DNA of 64,000 nucleotides from an uncultured delta proteobacterium (GTDB taxonomy: Bacteria > Myxococcota_A > Polyangia > Palsa-1104), in assembly GCA_963785725.1 (NCBI GenBank), contig CAWAWS010000015.1, positions 382,794-446,793 on the forward strand. The letters run 5' to 3'. Under the pieces are notes generated by a model, which was not told where the DNA came from, ran no database searches, and saw nothing but the letters and a program-made list of their open reading frames with translations. A program made the translations under genes and the position numbers. Below are positions 7,583 through 20,494 of the stretch, piece by piece (position 1 is the first letter of the stretch; each line of letters starts with the position of its first letter).

Positions 7583-10210
7583 GTGGCCTCCGCTGCGGGC
7601 AGGGCGTTGCCGCTGCTGCCGCTGCCGATAGATCCGCTTCTCCCTGAAATCGTGGCGTCGCTGCAACGGACGCCGAGCTTGGTGTTGGAAGCGCCGCCGG
7701 GCGCGGGCAAGACGACCCGCGTCCCGCGTGCGCTGCTCGATGGGGGCGTCGAAGGCGAAATTCTCGTGCTGGAGCCGCGTCGACTGGCGGCGCGACTGGC
7801 GGCACGACGCGTGGCGGAGGAGCTAGGGGAAAAAGTAGGCGAGCGCGTCGGATACCGCATTCGCTTCGAGGATGCGGTGTCGGCGCGCACGCGGATCGTG
7901 TTCGTGACCGAAGGCGTGTTGACGCGCCGATTGCTGTCGGATCCGGAGTTGAAGGGCGTGGGCGCGGTGCTGCTCGACGAGTTTCACGAGCGGCATCTGC
8001 AAGGCGACGTGGCGTTGGCGCTGCTGCGTCGGCTGCAGGAGCGGCGGCCCGAGCTGAAGCTCATCGTGATGTCGGCCACGCTCGATGCCGAGCCGATCGC
8101 GAGCTTCCTCGGCTGTCCGTCGCTGCGCGCCGAAGGGCGCCGGTTCGACGTAAAAATCGAATATGCGGCGCGGCCGAGCGAGCGGCCGCTCGAGAGCGAC
8201 GTGGCGGCGGCGGTGCGCGCGCTCGTGGCCGACGGTCTCGACGGCGACGTGCTCGTGTTTCTGCCCGGCGCCGCCGAGATTCGCAAGGCGCAGGCGGCGT
8301 GCGCGTCGATCGCGGCCGGCGCGCAGCTCGACGTCGTCATGCTGCACGGCGATCTGTCGCCGGCCGAGCAGGACAAGGCCGTGTCGTCGGGGCCGCGACG
8401 CAAGGTGATCCTGTCGACGAACGTGGCCGAGACGTCGATCACCGTCGAAGGCGTCGTGGCGGTGATCGACAGTGGCCTGGCGCGCGTGGCGTCGCTGTCG
8501 CCGTGGTCGGGGATGTCGACGCTGAAGCTGCAGCGGATTTCGCGCGCGTCGGCGACGCAGCGGGCGGGTCGCGCCGGTCGATTGCGGCCGGGCCGGTGCG
8601 TGCGGCTGTATACGCAGCACGATCACGACACGCGGCCGATGCAGGATGCGCCGGAGATTCGCCGGCTCGATCTGGCCGACGTGATGCTGCTCTTGGCGGC
8701 GTCCAATGTGCACGTCGACAAGCTGGCCTGGCTGGAGGCGCCGCCGGCGGCGGCGATCGAGGCGGCGCGCGGTCTGCTCGTGCGGCTGGGTGCGCTCGAC
8801 GGCCACGATGGCGTGACCGCGCTCGGGAGGCGGATGCTGCGCTTTCCGTTGCATCCGCGGCAGGCGCGGCTGCTGGTCGAGGCCGAGGCGCGCGGTGTCG
8901 GGCGCGACGGCTGCATCGTGGCCGCGCTCATCGGTGAGCGCGACCTCGTGTGGCAGCGGCCGCGACGCGCGGAATTCAGCGGCGACTCCGATCTGCTCGC
9001 CGATCTCGAGCGCTTTCGCGAGGCGGCGCGCGGCGGGCTGCAGCCGGATCGTGCGCGCTCGCTCGGGCTCGACGCCGGCGCGGCCCTGACGATCGATCGC
9101 GTGCGCCGGCAGCTCGAAGGGACCATCGCGCGTGGCACGCTCCCGGCCGATCCCGACGCGGCGCTGCGCATGAGCATCCTCGCCGGCTACTCCGATCGCG
9201 TGGCGCGGCGACGGCGGCGCGGCGAGTCCGAGCTGCTGTTGTCGGGCGGCGGCACGGCGCAGCTGAGCGAGGGCAGCGTCGTGCGCGACTTCGAGCTGAT
9301 GGTCGTCGTCGACGCCGAGCAGCGCGCGGACACACGCGCGGTTATGCCGGCGGCACGGCCCGGTGCGAATGCGCCACGCGGCCCGATGGGCAACGACGCG
9401 CGGCCGGGCGGGATCGTGGCGCGCAGCGCGACGGCGATCGAGGTCGACTGGCTGATCGATGTTGCGGCCGATCGCATACAAGAGACGCTGACTTATGCGT
9501 GGAATGCGACGGCCGAGCGAGTGGAGGTCGTCGAGCGCATGACCTACGATCAGCTGGTGCTCGACGAGCGCCGCGCCTGGCCGTCGCAGCTGCCGGCGTC
9601 GGACGCGACCGAAGTGGCGCGCGTGCTCGCCGAAGCTGCGCGGACGCGCGGGCCGCATACGTTCGTCGACGTCGAGTCGCTGGAGCGGCTGCGCGGTCGC
9701 GTGGCCTTCGTGCGCGCGAACGTGCCCGAAGCCAACCTGCCCGAGATCGGCGACGCGGAGCTGAACGCGACGCTCGGCGATGTGTCGCAAGGTCGAGACA
9801 GCTTTGCCGAGCTGGCGGACGCGGGCTTCTTGGAGGCGTTGACGGCGCGGCTGGGCGCGGGCGTGGGCGCGCTGTTGGCGAAGGAGGCGCCCGATCGCAT
9901 CGCGCTGCCCGGCGGACGGCCGATCAAAGTGCAGTATCCGCTGGGACAGGCGCCGTTCGTCGCCTCGCGGCTGCAAGACTTCTTCGGCATGGCGGCAGGT
10001 CCGACGCTGGCGCGCGGGCGTGTGCCGTTGACGCTGCATCTGCTGGCGCCGAATCAGCGCGCGGTGCAGGTCACGTCGGATCTCGCAGGCTTTTGGTCGC
10101 GTCATTATCCGGCGATTCGGCGTGAGCTCGGACGACGCTATCCGCGCCATTCGTGGCCGGAGGATCCGCTGCACGCCGAGCCGCCCGCGCCACGACCGCC
10201 GCGGCGTTAA
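7583..10210 (+). CDS. hrpB: ATP-dependent RNA helicase HrpB
   Basis: APPGAGKTT, DEFHER, MSAT, TNVAETSIT, QRAGRAGR, C-terminal RYPRHSWPEDP. Confidence 0.96.
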   Translation: MASAAGRALPLLPLPIDPLLPEIVASLQRTPSLVLEAPPGAGKTTRVPRALLDGGVEGEILVLEPRRLAARLAARRVAEELGEKVGERVGYRIRFEDAVSARTRIVFVTEGVLTRRLLSDPELKGVGAVLLDEFHERHLQGDVALALLRRLQERRPELKLIVMSATLDAEPIASFLGCPSLRAEGRRFDVKIEYAARPSERPLESDVAAAVRALVADGLDGDVLVFLPGAAEIRKAQAACASIAAGAQLDVVMLHGDLSPAEQDKAVSSGPRRKVILSTNVAETSITVEGVVAVIDSGLARVASLSPWSGMSTLKLQRISRASATQRAGRAGRLRPGRCVRLYTQHDHDTRPMQDAPEIRRLDLADVMLLLAASNVHVDKLAWLEAPPAAAIEAARGLLVRLGALDGHDGVTALGRRMLRFPLHPRQARLLVEAEARGVGRDGCIVAALIGERDLVWQRPRRAEFSGDSDLLADLERFREAARGGLQPDRARSLGLDAGAALTIDRVRRQLEGTIARGTLPADPDAALRMSILAGYSDRVARRRRRGESELLLSGGGTAQLSEGSVVRDFELMVVVDAEQRADTRAVMPAARPGANAPRGPMGNDARPGGIVARSATAIEVDWLIDVAADRIQETLTYAWNATAERVEVVERMTYDQLVLDERRAWPSQLPASDATEVARVLAEAARTRGPHTFVDVESLERLRGRVAFVRANVPEANLPEIGDAELNATLGDVSQGRDSFAELADAGFLEALTARLGAGVGALLAKEAPDRIALPGGRPIKVQYPLGQAPFVASRLQDFFGMAAGPTLARGRVPLTLHLLAPNQRAVQVTSDLAGFWSRHYPAIRRELGRRYPRHSWPEDPLHAEPPAPRPPRR

Positions 10211-10284
10211 AACAGCGAGCACGATCCTGCACGGCCCTCGGCAGCGCGGGATCGACGCTCATTGCATCGATCGGCAGGGCGCAA

Positions 10285-10320
10285 GCGCAGGCTCAACTGA
10301 CAAGCCACTTGAGCCTGCGC
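10285..10320. terminator. Perfect 12-bp inverted repeat downstream of hrpB
   Basis: GCGCAGGCTCAA-12 nt-TTGAGCCTGCGC; no clear U tract. Confidence 0.45.
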
Positions 10321-10700
10321 CCGGCCGGCGCTGCGGCCGACGCGCGCTTTGCGATCCGATCTTGTTCAGGGTCGATCCGCGCTGGCAACGGCAATGGGAC
10401 GACGTGAAGCGCATCTTGGCCGGCCGTGAGCATGTCGTGCGTTCGACCGAGCGACGGCAAGCGGCGCGGCGACGCAAGCAGCGCGGATCGCCGCGAAAGC
10501 GCAGGTAGCTCGTCCGCCCGTCGCGTGTCGACGCGACCGCGGTACGCGCGTGTGTGTCCTCGCCGTCGCTGTGCCGCGCCCGCCGAATCCCGGCGCGCAT
10601 ACCGAACGATCACGCGAGGCGTGCGCCGTTACACAAAACACACGCGAATTGTCGTCGCGGACAGCACGTACGCGCGGCACAAATGATACGCTGGCGATTC

Positions 10701-11390
10701 ATGGGTGCACCTGATACGCGGGTCCACGCGCGCATCCACATCTCGACCGTCGTCGAGGTGGCGACAGCCGACGGCAACGTCGAAGCGCAGCTGCGCGATC
10801 TGTCCAAAGGCGGCGCCCGCTTCCTCGCGCCGCGCGACGTCGGTAAAGTCGGGCAGTCGATCGAGCTCTACCTGCCGTCGCTCGGTGGTGAAGAGATCAC
10901 GGTCATGGCCGAGATCATTCGCGCGCTGCCCGGCACCGATGGGACGATGGTCGCCGTGCGCTTCGATGCCGTCGATCCGGCCATGCGCCAGCCGCTCAAC
11001 GATCTCATCGAAGTGCTGCTGACAGCGACGGGCGGCGGACAACGGGCAGCACCGCGAGTGGCCAAACGCATGGACATTCGTTATGGAGAGCTGGGCGAGC
11101 TGCGCGCGATCTTGGAGGACATTTCGCGCGGCGGCCTCGCCATGACCGTCGCCGATCCGTTGGTGCTCTACGAAGAGCTGGAAGTCACCGTGCCCGACAC
11201 GGGCGGCGAGCAGCTCATCATCCTGCACGCGCGCGTCGTGCATCAGCGCGCCATCGACGACGAAGGCACGACTGCCTATCGCGTCGGCCTCGAATTTTCG
11301 CCGCTGCGCGTGGAGAGTCGGCGCTGTGTCGATGGGCTCTTGAAAACGGTATTAGAGCTGATCGATGGCGTGACAGAAGACTTGAGCTGA
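10701..11390 (+). CDS. Tandem PilZ-PilZ protein
   Basis: Two motif sets: RVHAR/DLSKGG and RAAPR/DISRGG; ATG 10701 preceded by TGnTACGCT -10 box. Confidence 0.9.
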   Translation: MGAPDTRVHARIHISTVVEVATADGNVEAQLRDLSKGGARFLAPRDVGKVGQSIELYLPSLGGEEITVMAEIIRALPGTDGTMVAVRFDAVDPAMRQPLNDLIEVLLTATGGGQRAAPRVAKRMDIRYGELGELRAILEDISRGGLAMTVADPLVLYEELEVTVPDTGGEQLIILHARVVHQRAIDDEGTTAYRVGLEFSPLRVESRRCVDGLLKTVLELIDGVTEDLS

Positions 11391-11404
11391 CTCATATTCT
11401 CCGC

Positions 11405-12373
11405 ATGCCGCAGCTGTTGTCGAAGACCGAGATGCCGCCCGCGTGGAAGCTGGAAGAGGAAATTCAGCGGCTCAAGAAAGAGCGCAACGCCGTCGTTCTC
11501 GCGCACTATTACCAAGAGTCCGAGATTCAGGATCTGGCCGATCACGTCGGCGACAGCCTCGGTCTGGCGCGCGCGGCGCAAAAGGCGGACGCCGATGTCA
11601 TCGCGTTCTGCGGCGTGCACTTCATGGCCGAAGTGGCGAAGATCTTGAACCCCGAGCGCACGGTCGTGCTGCCCGACATGGCGGCCGGCTGCTCGCTCGC
11701 CGACGGCTGTCCGCCCGATCAATTCCGCAAGTTCATCGACGCGCATCCGGGCCACTTCGTCGTCAGCTACATCAACTGCTCGGCGGCGGTGAAGGCGATG
11801 TCGGACGTGATCGTGACGTCGTCGAACGCGGTCAAGATCGTCGAGCAGATTCCGAAGGACACGCCGATCATCTTCGCGCCCGACAAGCATCTCGCGCGCT
11901 TCGTGCAGAAGCAGACCGGTCGCGACATGGTCGTCTGGCAGGGCACCTGCATCGTCCACGAGACCTTCAGCGAGCGGAAAATTCTCGATCTCATCCTGCG
12001 CAATCCGGGCGCCGAGCTCATCGCGCATCCGGAGTGCGAGGAGTCGATCTTGCGCCACGCCAAGTATGTCGGCTCGACGACGGGGCTCATCAAATACGCC
12101 GTGTCATCGCCGGCGCAGACGCTGATCGTGGCCACCGAAGAGGGCGTGTTGCACCAGATGCGCCGCGACGCGCCGGGCAAGATGTTCATCGCCGCCCCGC
12201 CGGAAGACGAGAGCTGCGCCTGCAATCAGTGTCCGCACATGCGCCGCAACACGATGGAGAAGCTCTATTTGTGTCTGCGCGATCTGAAGCCGACGATCGA
12301 GATGGACGAGACCTTGCGGCTGGCAGCCAAGCGTCCCATCGATCGCATGCTGGCGATGTCGACGGGGATCTGA
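11405..12373 (+). CDS. nadA: Quinolinate synthase A
   Basis: [44 protein letters not shown]. Confidence 0.97.
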   Translation: MPQLLSKTEMPPAWKLEEEIQRLKKERNAVVLAHYYQESEIQDLADHVGDSLGLARAAQKADADVIAFCGVHFMAEVAKILNPERTVVLPDMAAGCSLADGCPPDQFRKFIDAHPGHFVVSYINCSAAVKAMSDVIVTSSNAVKIVEQIPKDTPIIFAPDKHLARFVQKQTGRDMVVWQGTCIVHETFSERKILDLILRNPGAELIAHPECEESILRHAKYVGSTTGLIKYAVSSPAQTLIVATEEGVLHQMRRDAPGKMFIAAPPEDESCACNQCPHMRRNTMEKLYLCLRDLKPTIEMDETLRLAAKRPIDRMLAMSTGI

Positions 12374-12424
12374 CGGCAGCGACGGCCGCGTGCGCCGGAC
12401 GAACGCGGTGCTAAACTGCGGCCA

Positions 12425-12904
12425 GTGAGCACGTTCGACGAGCTGACCGAGTTTCAGGCGCTCAGTATCAAAGTGTCGGACAAGACGGCCAGCGACACCG
12501 AGCGCGCGCGTTGGCGCGATCTGCGCGAGCATTTGCGCGCGGCGACGCCGCCGGTGCCGTCGGCGACGCAAGCCGCGCCGCGGCGAACGCGCAAGCTCAA
12601 GGTCGGCTACGCGGCGATCGAGGAGCTGCACGCGACGTTCACCGAGCAGCTGTCGACGACCGGTCTCGAGCTGCGGCTGCCGGCACACGTCAAGCCGGAC
12701 ACGACGATGCTGGTGCGGCTGGAGTTGGGCGCGCCCGGTCCGCTCAACGTGACGGCGCGGGTGGCGTGGTGCCGTCGCGATGGCGGCCATTTCATCGCCG
12801 CGTTGGAGCTGCTCGGTCTGCGTGCCGACGAGCGCGAGCGAATCGAGGCGTGGCTGATCAGCGCTTCGGATCGAGGTCTCGATCCGTCAGCAGCTCGGAC
12901 GTAG
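12425..12904 (+). CDS. PilZ-like domain protein with N-terminal helical extension (degenerate c-di-GMP motifs)
   Basis: EQLSTTGL, ARVAWCR, ALEL pattern; TGnTAAACT 7 nt before GTG. Confidence 0.75.
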   Translation: MSTFDELTEFQALSIKVSDKTASDTERARWRDLREHLRAATPPVPSATQAAPRRTRKLKVGYAAIEELHATFTEQLSTTGLELRLPAHVKPDTTMLVRLELGAPGPLNVTARVAWCRRDGGHFIAALELLGLRADERERIEAWLISASDRGLDPSAART

Positions 12905-13114
12905 CCGCGCGACCGGGCGCTTTGTCGCGCGCATAACGATCGATGGCGCGCGCTTCGGGCAGCCGCGCGGTCAGCTCTTGCGCGTAGGCGTCGTCGGGGA
13001 AGAGGCTGACGTGCGCGACGTGCAGCGCGCGTAATCGCAATCGCGAGCTCATGAGTGCACTTCCAATGACATCGACAACAACGAGAACGCGCGCGACGAT
13101 CGGCGCGTGAACGG

Positions 13115-13317
13115 AAAAAACCGCAGCTCGCCCCGACGTCGCCGGCATACGCCGACGAGGGGGGCATCGACGTCGCGCGCGACGTCGGGGGAGACTGCGC
13201 GCCGCCGGAGGGGGGTCGGCGGCGTACCAGAAATGTCATCGCCGGCTGCCAAAGACGGCGCGCCAGCCATCGGGGCAATGGCGGCGGCGCGTGCGCTGGC
13301 GGTCGAAAACAACATGA
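13115..13317 (-). ncRNA. Candidate sigma54-dependent structured sRNA with C-run loops (Pxr-like architecture)
   Basis: Successive hairpins with C-rich unpaired segments (TGCCCCG, ACCCCCCTC, CCCCCCTC); terminal long stem followed by TTTTTT at 13115-13120; sigma54 box immediately upstream. Confidence 0.55.
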
Positions 13318-13327
13318 CTCTCACCAA

Positions 13328-13343
13328 AGCAAGTCGCAGGCCG
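13328..13343 (-). promoter_or_regulatory. Sigma54 -24/-12 promoter
   Basis: Minus strand CGGCCTGCGACTTGCT (GG-N10-GC with TTGCT); IHF-like site at 13360-13372 and palindrome GTCAA-N6-TTGAC at 13399-13414 upstream. Confidence 0.6.
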
Positions 13344-13500
13344 TTTGGCGACAGCGGGAATACAGGGGCTTACATCAGCCACAGGCATCCAAAGCGGGGT
13401 CAACTGACCTTGACTGGGGGATTCGATCCACACACGCGAGGTTGCGCACGCGTTCTGTCGTCGTTCGGCTGTCGTTCGGGCAGGCCTGGCGAGCGATTCG

Positions 13501-13515
13501 TGGCACGATAGGCGC
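13501..13515 (+). promoter_or_regulatory. Possible divergent sigma54 promoter for the 13547 lipoprotein gene
   Basis: TGGCACGATAGGCGC: perfect -24 box, weak -12 box. Confidence 0.4.
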
Positions 13516-13546
13516 GCGTGCGTTTGTCACGCCTACGCCCTAGCCT

Positions 13547-14713
13547 ATGTCGACGACGCCTCGCCGCACGCTCGCAGTCACGCTCGTTCTTGCCGCCGTC
13601 GGCTGCCATGCCGAGCATCACGCCGCCACGACCGACATGATGTCGTCGTCGGTGTCGGGCCCGACGCCGCCGGTCGAGCCGCGCGCCGCGACCGATCATC
13701 CAGCGGCGTGGCAGGTTCACGATAACGGCGGTCCGATCCAGCCGGCGCCGCGCGTCTACACCGTCATCTGGCCGGGCTCGGAGCAGATCGGGCAAGAGGT
13801 AGAGCAGTTCGTGAGCTGGATGTTGACGAGCGACTACTTCACGACGTCGCTGGCCGAATATGGTGTCGGCGCCGGGCAGAGCATGGGGCTCATCGTGCTG
13901 CCGAACGCGGCGCCGGCGACGATGATGGACGCCGACATTCAAGCGCTCGTGAAGCAGCTCGTGGAGAACGACCAAGTCGATCCGCAAAACGACGCCAACA
14001 CGCAGGTGGCGTTCATCATTCCGCCCACGACGACGGTCGTGGTGAGCGGCGAATCGACGTGCAATCAGATCGCCGGCTATCACGAGTCGCCGTCGACGTC
14101 GCTGCCGATCATCGCCTACGACGTCATCGCCGATTGCGACACCAGCGCCACCGAGCTCGACGGCCTGACCAAAGTGCTGAGCCACGAGATCGCCGAGGCG
14201 GCGACCGATCCCTTGCCGAACACGGGCTTTGCCGCCGAGCCGCCCAAAGCGCAAGAGATCAGCGATCTGTGTAACTTCGGCGAGGACTTGCCGATCGACG
14301 TGCCCGGTAATCCGCCGCAGCGTTATTGGGTGCAGCGGCAATATTCGAACGCGGCGGCGGTGGCGGGCAATCGCGAGCCGTGTGTGCCGCTGCCGTGGAC
14401 GCGGCCCTATTGGGGCGCCGCGCTCTATCCGCGCACGCAGACGATCGCGACCTCGAAGTCGCCGCAAGTGGTGCAGACGTGGATGGAGCCGTTCGCGTAC
14501 GGCGACGTGGGGACGATCCTGTGGGAAGTGCTCTCCGCGGATGACGGCATCATCGTCGATCCCGAGTCGGGCGTCTCGCAGGCGGGCGACACGATCCCGA
14601 TTCGCGTCACCATCGCCGATCCGTCGAAGCCGCACGTGTACGAGCTCGACATCGAGTCGCAGTCGGCGACGGCCGGCGCGAGCTTGTGGTTCACCTACGT
14701 CGTCGTGCAGTAG
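13547..14713 (+). CDS. Lipoprotein with Phi-1/EXORDIUM-like domain and C-terminal beta domain
   Basis: Lipobox AVGC; NGGPI..P.VY.VIW, GYHE, SHEIAEAATDP, EISDLC motifs. Confidence 0.7.
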   Translation: MSTTPRRTLAVTLVLAAVGCHAEHHAATTDMMSSSVSGPTPPVEPRAATDHPAAWQVHDNGGPIQPAPRVYTVIWPGSEQIGQEVEQFVSWMLTSDYFTTSLAEYGVGAGQSMGLIVLPNAAPATMMDADIQALVKQLVENDQVDPQNDANTQVAFIIPPTTTVVVSGESTCNQIAGYHESPSTSLPIIAYDVIADCDTSATELDGLTKVLSHEIAEAATDPLPNTGFAAEPPKAQEISDLCNFGEDLPIDVPGNPPQRYWVQRQYSNAAAVAGNREPCVPLPWTRPYWGAALYPRTQTIATSKSPQVVQTWMEPFAYGDVGTILWEVLSADDGIIVDPESGVSQAGDTIPIRVTIADPSKPHVYELDIESQSATAGASLWFTYVVVQ

Positions 14714-14717
14714 GCGC

Positions 14718-18486
<3,769 letters not shown>

Positions 18487-18653
18487 TGCAAGCGCGGCGC
18501 CCAGTCAATGCGTAGTGGTTCTAGTAGCTTGAAGGGTGGGAGCCGCTGCGATCGGGGAGTCGGCCCTCGGGTCTGTTGTCCCAGTAGTCAAAAAGCGTAC
18601 GCCGACGGTGCCGGCGATCCGATCGACTGTGCAGTCTGCTATTTTGCCGCGCC

Positions 18654-19664
18654 ATGTTGAGCTTCATTGCCGAGCGAGCCAGAGAAGACGCCGACGCGCT
18701 CGTCCGTCCGAGCGGTGAGCGGCTGACCTACGCGTCGTTGGCCATGGCGTCAGCGGCGGTAATGCAGGCGCTCGACGGACGTGTAGGCGAGATCGGCCGC
18801 CGCCTGGTCGGCATCGCCGTCGCCGATGCGGCCGGCTTCGTGGCGTCGCTGTTGGCGGTGTTGGAAGCGGGCGGCGTGGCGATGCCGCTCGATCTCGGGC
18901 TCGGTGAGGCGGCGCTGCAGGCCGAAGTCGAGCGGCTGCGCGCGGTCGCCGTCATCGTCGGTGACGCGGACGAGGACCGGCTCGACGTCATCGCCGGCGA
19001 CGCCGCTCGCCGCGAGCTGCCGCCGGAGTCGGCGCTGGCGCTGGCCGCCGACGGCCAGCGCGCCATCGTCGGCGCGCGGCCGCTCGGTCGCGCCGTCGAT
19101 GCCATCGTCGCCGATGCGGCGTGGACGGCGGCGACGCGCACGTCGCTCTACGGCGATCTGTCGCGTCCGGCGCTGCTGGTGCCGCTGTTGGCCACGCTGC
19201 GCGCCGGCGGCACGCTCGTCGATGGCGGCGCGCCCGCGACCACGACGGCCTGCGACTTGGCCGAGGCGCTGCGCATCGGCACGTTCGCCGAGGGCATCTT
19301 GCGTCCGCTGCCCGGCTGCGACTTCGTGTTCGCCGACGGCGAGCTGCTCGTCGACTGCCCGTGGCCGATGCTCGGCTATCTCGACGACGAAGCGGCCACG
19401 CGCGCCGCCTTCGTCACGCAGGGCGGCAAGCCGCTCGTGCGCGCGTCGTTCGCCATCGAGCGCCGCTTGGCCGCGCAGCCGGGCGTGCGCGAAGCGGCGC
19501 TGCTGGCGTTTCCGTACGCGGGCGGCGCGCGCTTGGCCGGCTTCGTCAGCGGCGCCGACGCGACGTTCGGCGGCGCGAAAGTGGCGACGCTCGAGTCGCT
19601 GCCGCACAGCGCCGACGGCACCATCGATCGCGTCAAGCTGCGCCGCATGTCGACGGCTGATTAG
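18654..19664 (+). CDS. Degenerate AMP-binding (ANL superfamily) protein
   Basis: LTYASL, GELLV..PWPMLGYLDDEAATRAAF, IERRLAAQPGVREAA, LPHSADGTIDR; only 336 aa and no TSGxTG P-loop. Confidence 0.7.
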   Translation: MLSFIAERAREDADALVRPSGERLTYASLAMASAAVMQALDGRVGEIGRRLVGIAVADAAGFVASLLAVLEAGGVAMPLDLGLGEAALQAEVERLRAVAVIVGDADEDRLDVIAGDAARRELPPESALALAADGQRAIVGARPLGRAVDAIVADAAWTAATRTSLYGDLSRPALLVPLLATLRAGGTLVDGGAPATTTACDLAEALRIGTFAEGILRPLPGCDFVFADGELLVDCPWPMLGYLDDEAATRAAFVTQGGKPLVRASFAIERRLAAQPGVREAALLAFPYAGGARLAGFVSGADATFGGAKVATLESLPHSADGTIDRVKLRRMSTAD

Positions 19665-19721
19665 GGGCTGCCCGGCCCCTAGCGCATAGCCAAGCGGCGC
19701 GATTCGCGTTACTTGACGGAG

Positions 19722-20429
19722 ATGGCGCTGATCTTCGAGCAGCTGTTCGATCCCGAGTCCTCGACGTTCACCTATCTCGTCGGCGATGGTGCGGCGGGCG
19801 TCGGCGTGCTCATCGATCCGGTGCTGGAGCAGCTCGAGCGCGACATCGAGCGCATACAGTCGCTAGGGCTGCGGCTCGTGCACACGCTGGAGACGCACGT
19901 GCACGCCGACCACGTGACCGGTGGCGGCGAGCTGACCGCGCGGCTCGGCGCCATGCCGCTCGTGCACGCGACGAGCCCGATCACGTGTGAGGCGCGCCGG
20001 GTCGTCGACGGCGATCGCGTCGCCCTCGGCGGCTTGACGTTGCGCGTGCTCGAGACGCCGGGCCACACGCCGGAGTCGGTCAGCTTCGTGCTCGACGGCG
20101 AGGTGGCGTCTGTGTTCACGGGCGACGCGCTGCTCATCGGCACCTGCGGTCGCACCGACTTTCAAGGCGGCGACGCCGGCGCGTTGTGGGATTCGGTGCA
20201 CCAAAAGCTGTTCACGCTGCCCGACGCCACCATCGTCTTCCCCGCGCACGACTACAACGGCCGCGTGCGCTCGACCATCGGCGACGAAAAGCGCGCCAAC
20301 AAGCGCCTCGCCGGCCACTCGCGCGACGAGTTCGTGACGCTCATGAACGGCCTCGGCCTGCCGCCGCCCAAGAAGATCGACGTCGCCTTGCCCGCCAATC
20401 TGAGCTGCGGGCGCGTCAAGCAAGCCTAA
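19722..20429 (+). CDS. MBL-fold hydrolase, persulfide dioxygenase (ETHE1-like)
   Basis: [50 protein letters not shown]. Confidence 0.92.
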   Translation: MALIFEQLFDPESSTFTYLVGDGAAGVGVLIDPVLEQLERDIERIQSLGLRLVHTLETHVHADHVTGGGELTARLGAMPLVHATSPITCEARRVVDGDRVALGGLTLRVLETPGHTPESVSFVLDGEVASVFTGDALLIGTCGRTDFQGGDAGALWDSVHQKLFTLPDATIVFPAHDYNGRVRSTIGDEKRANKRLAGHSRDEFVTLMNGLGLPPPKKIDVALPANLSCGRVKQA

Positions 20430-20494
20430 GACACGACCGACTCGCGACGCCGGAAGCCGTCGGTGATATGGTGAGTCACCCCGGGTGGGGGCTC

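Noticed and set aside
12858..13327. ORFs 12858..13148 and 13049..13327 as protein genes
   Set aside because: No recognisable motifs. The longer ORF runs through a strong terminator-like hairpin, and the other overlaps the PilZ gene's 3' end. A short peptide from 13053 cannot be fully excluded.
13410..13432. tRNA/tmRNA-like GGATTCGATCC arm
   Set aside because: No cloverleaf or acceptor stem can be built around it.
18490..18650. Riboswitch in the kinase/AMP-binding intergenic region
   Set aside because: Purine-rich, with repeated TAGT[AG]G words, but no recognisable TPP, SAM, cobalamin or c-di-GMP core.
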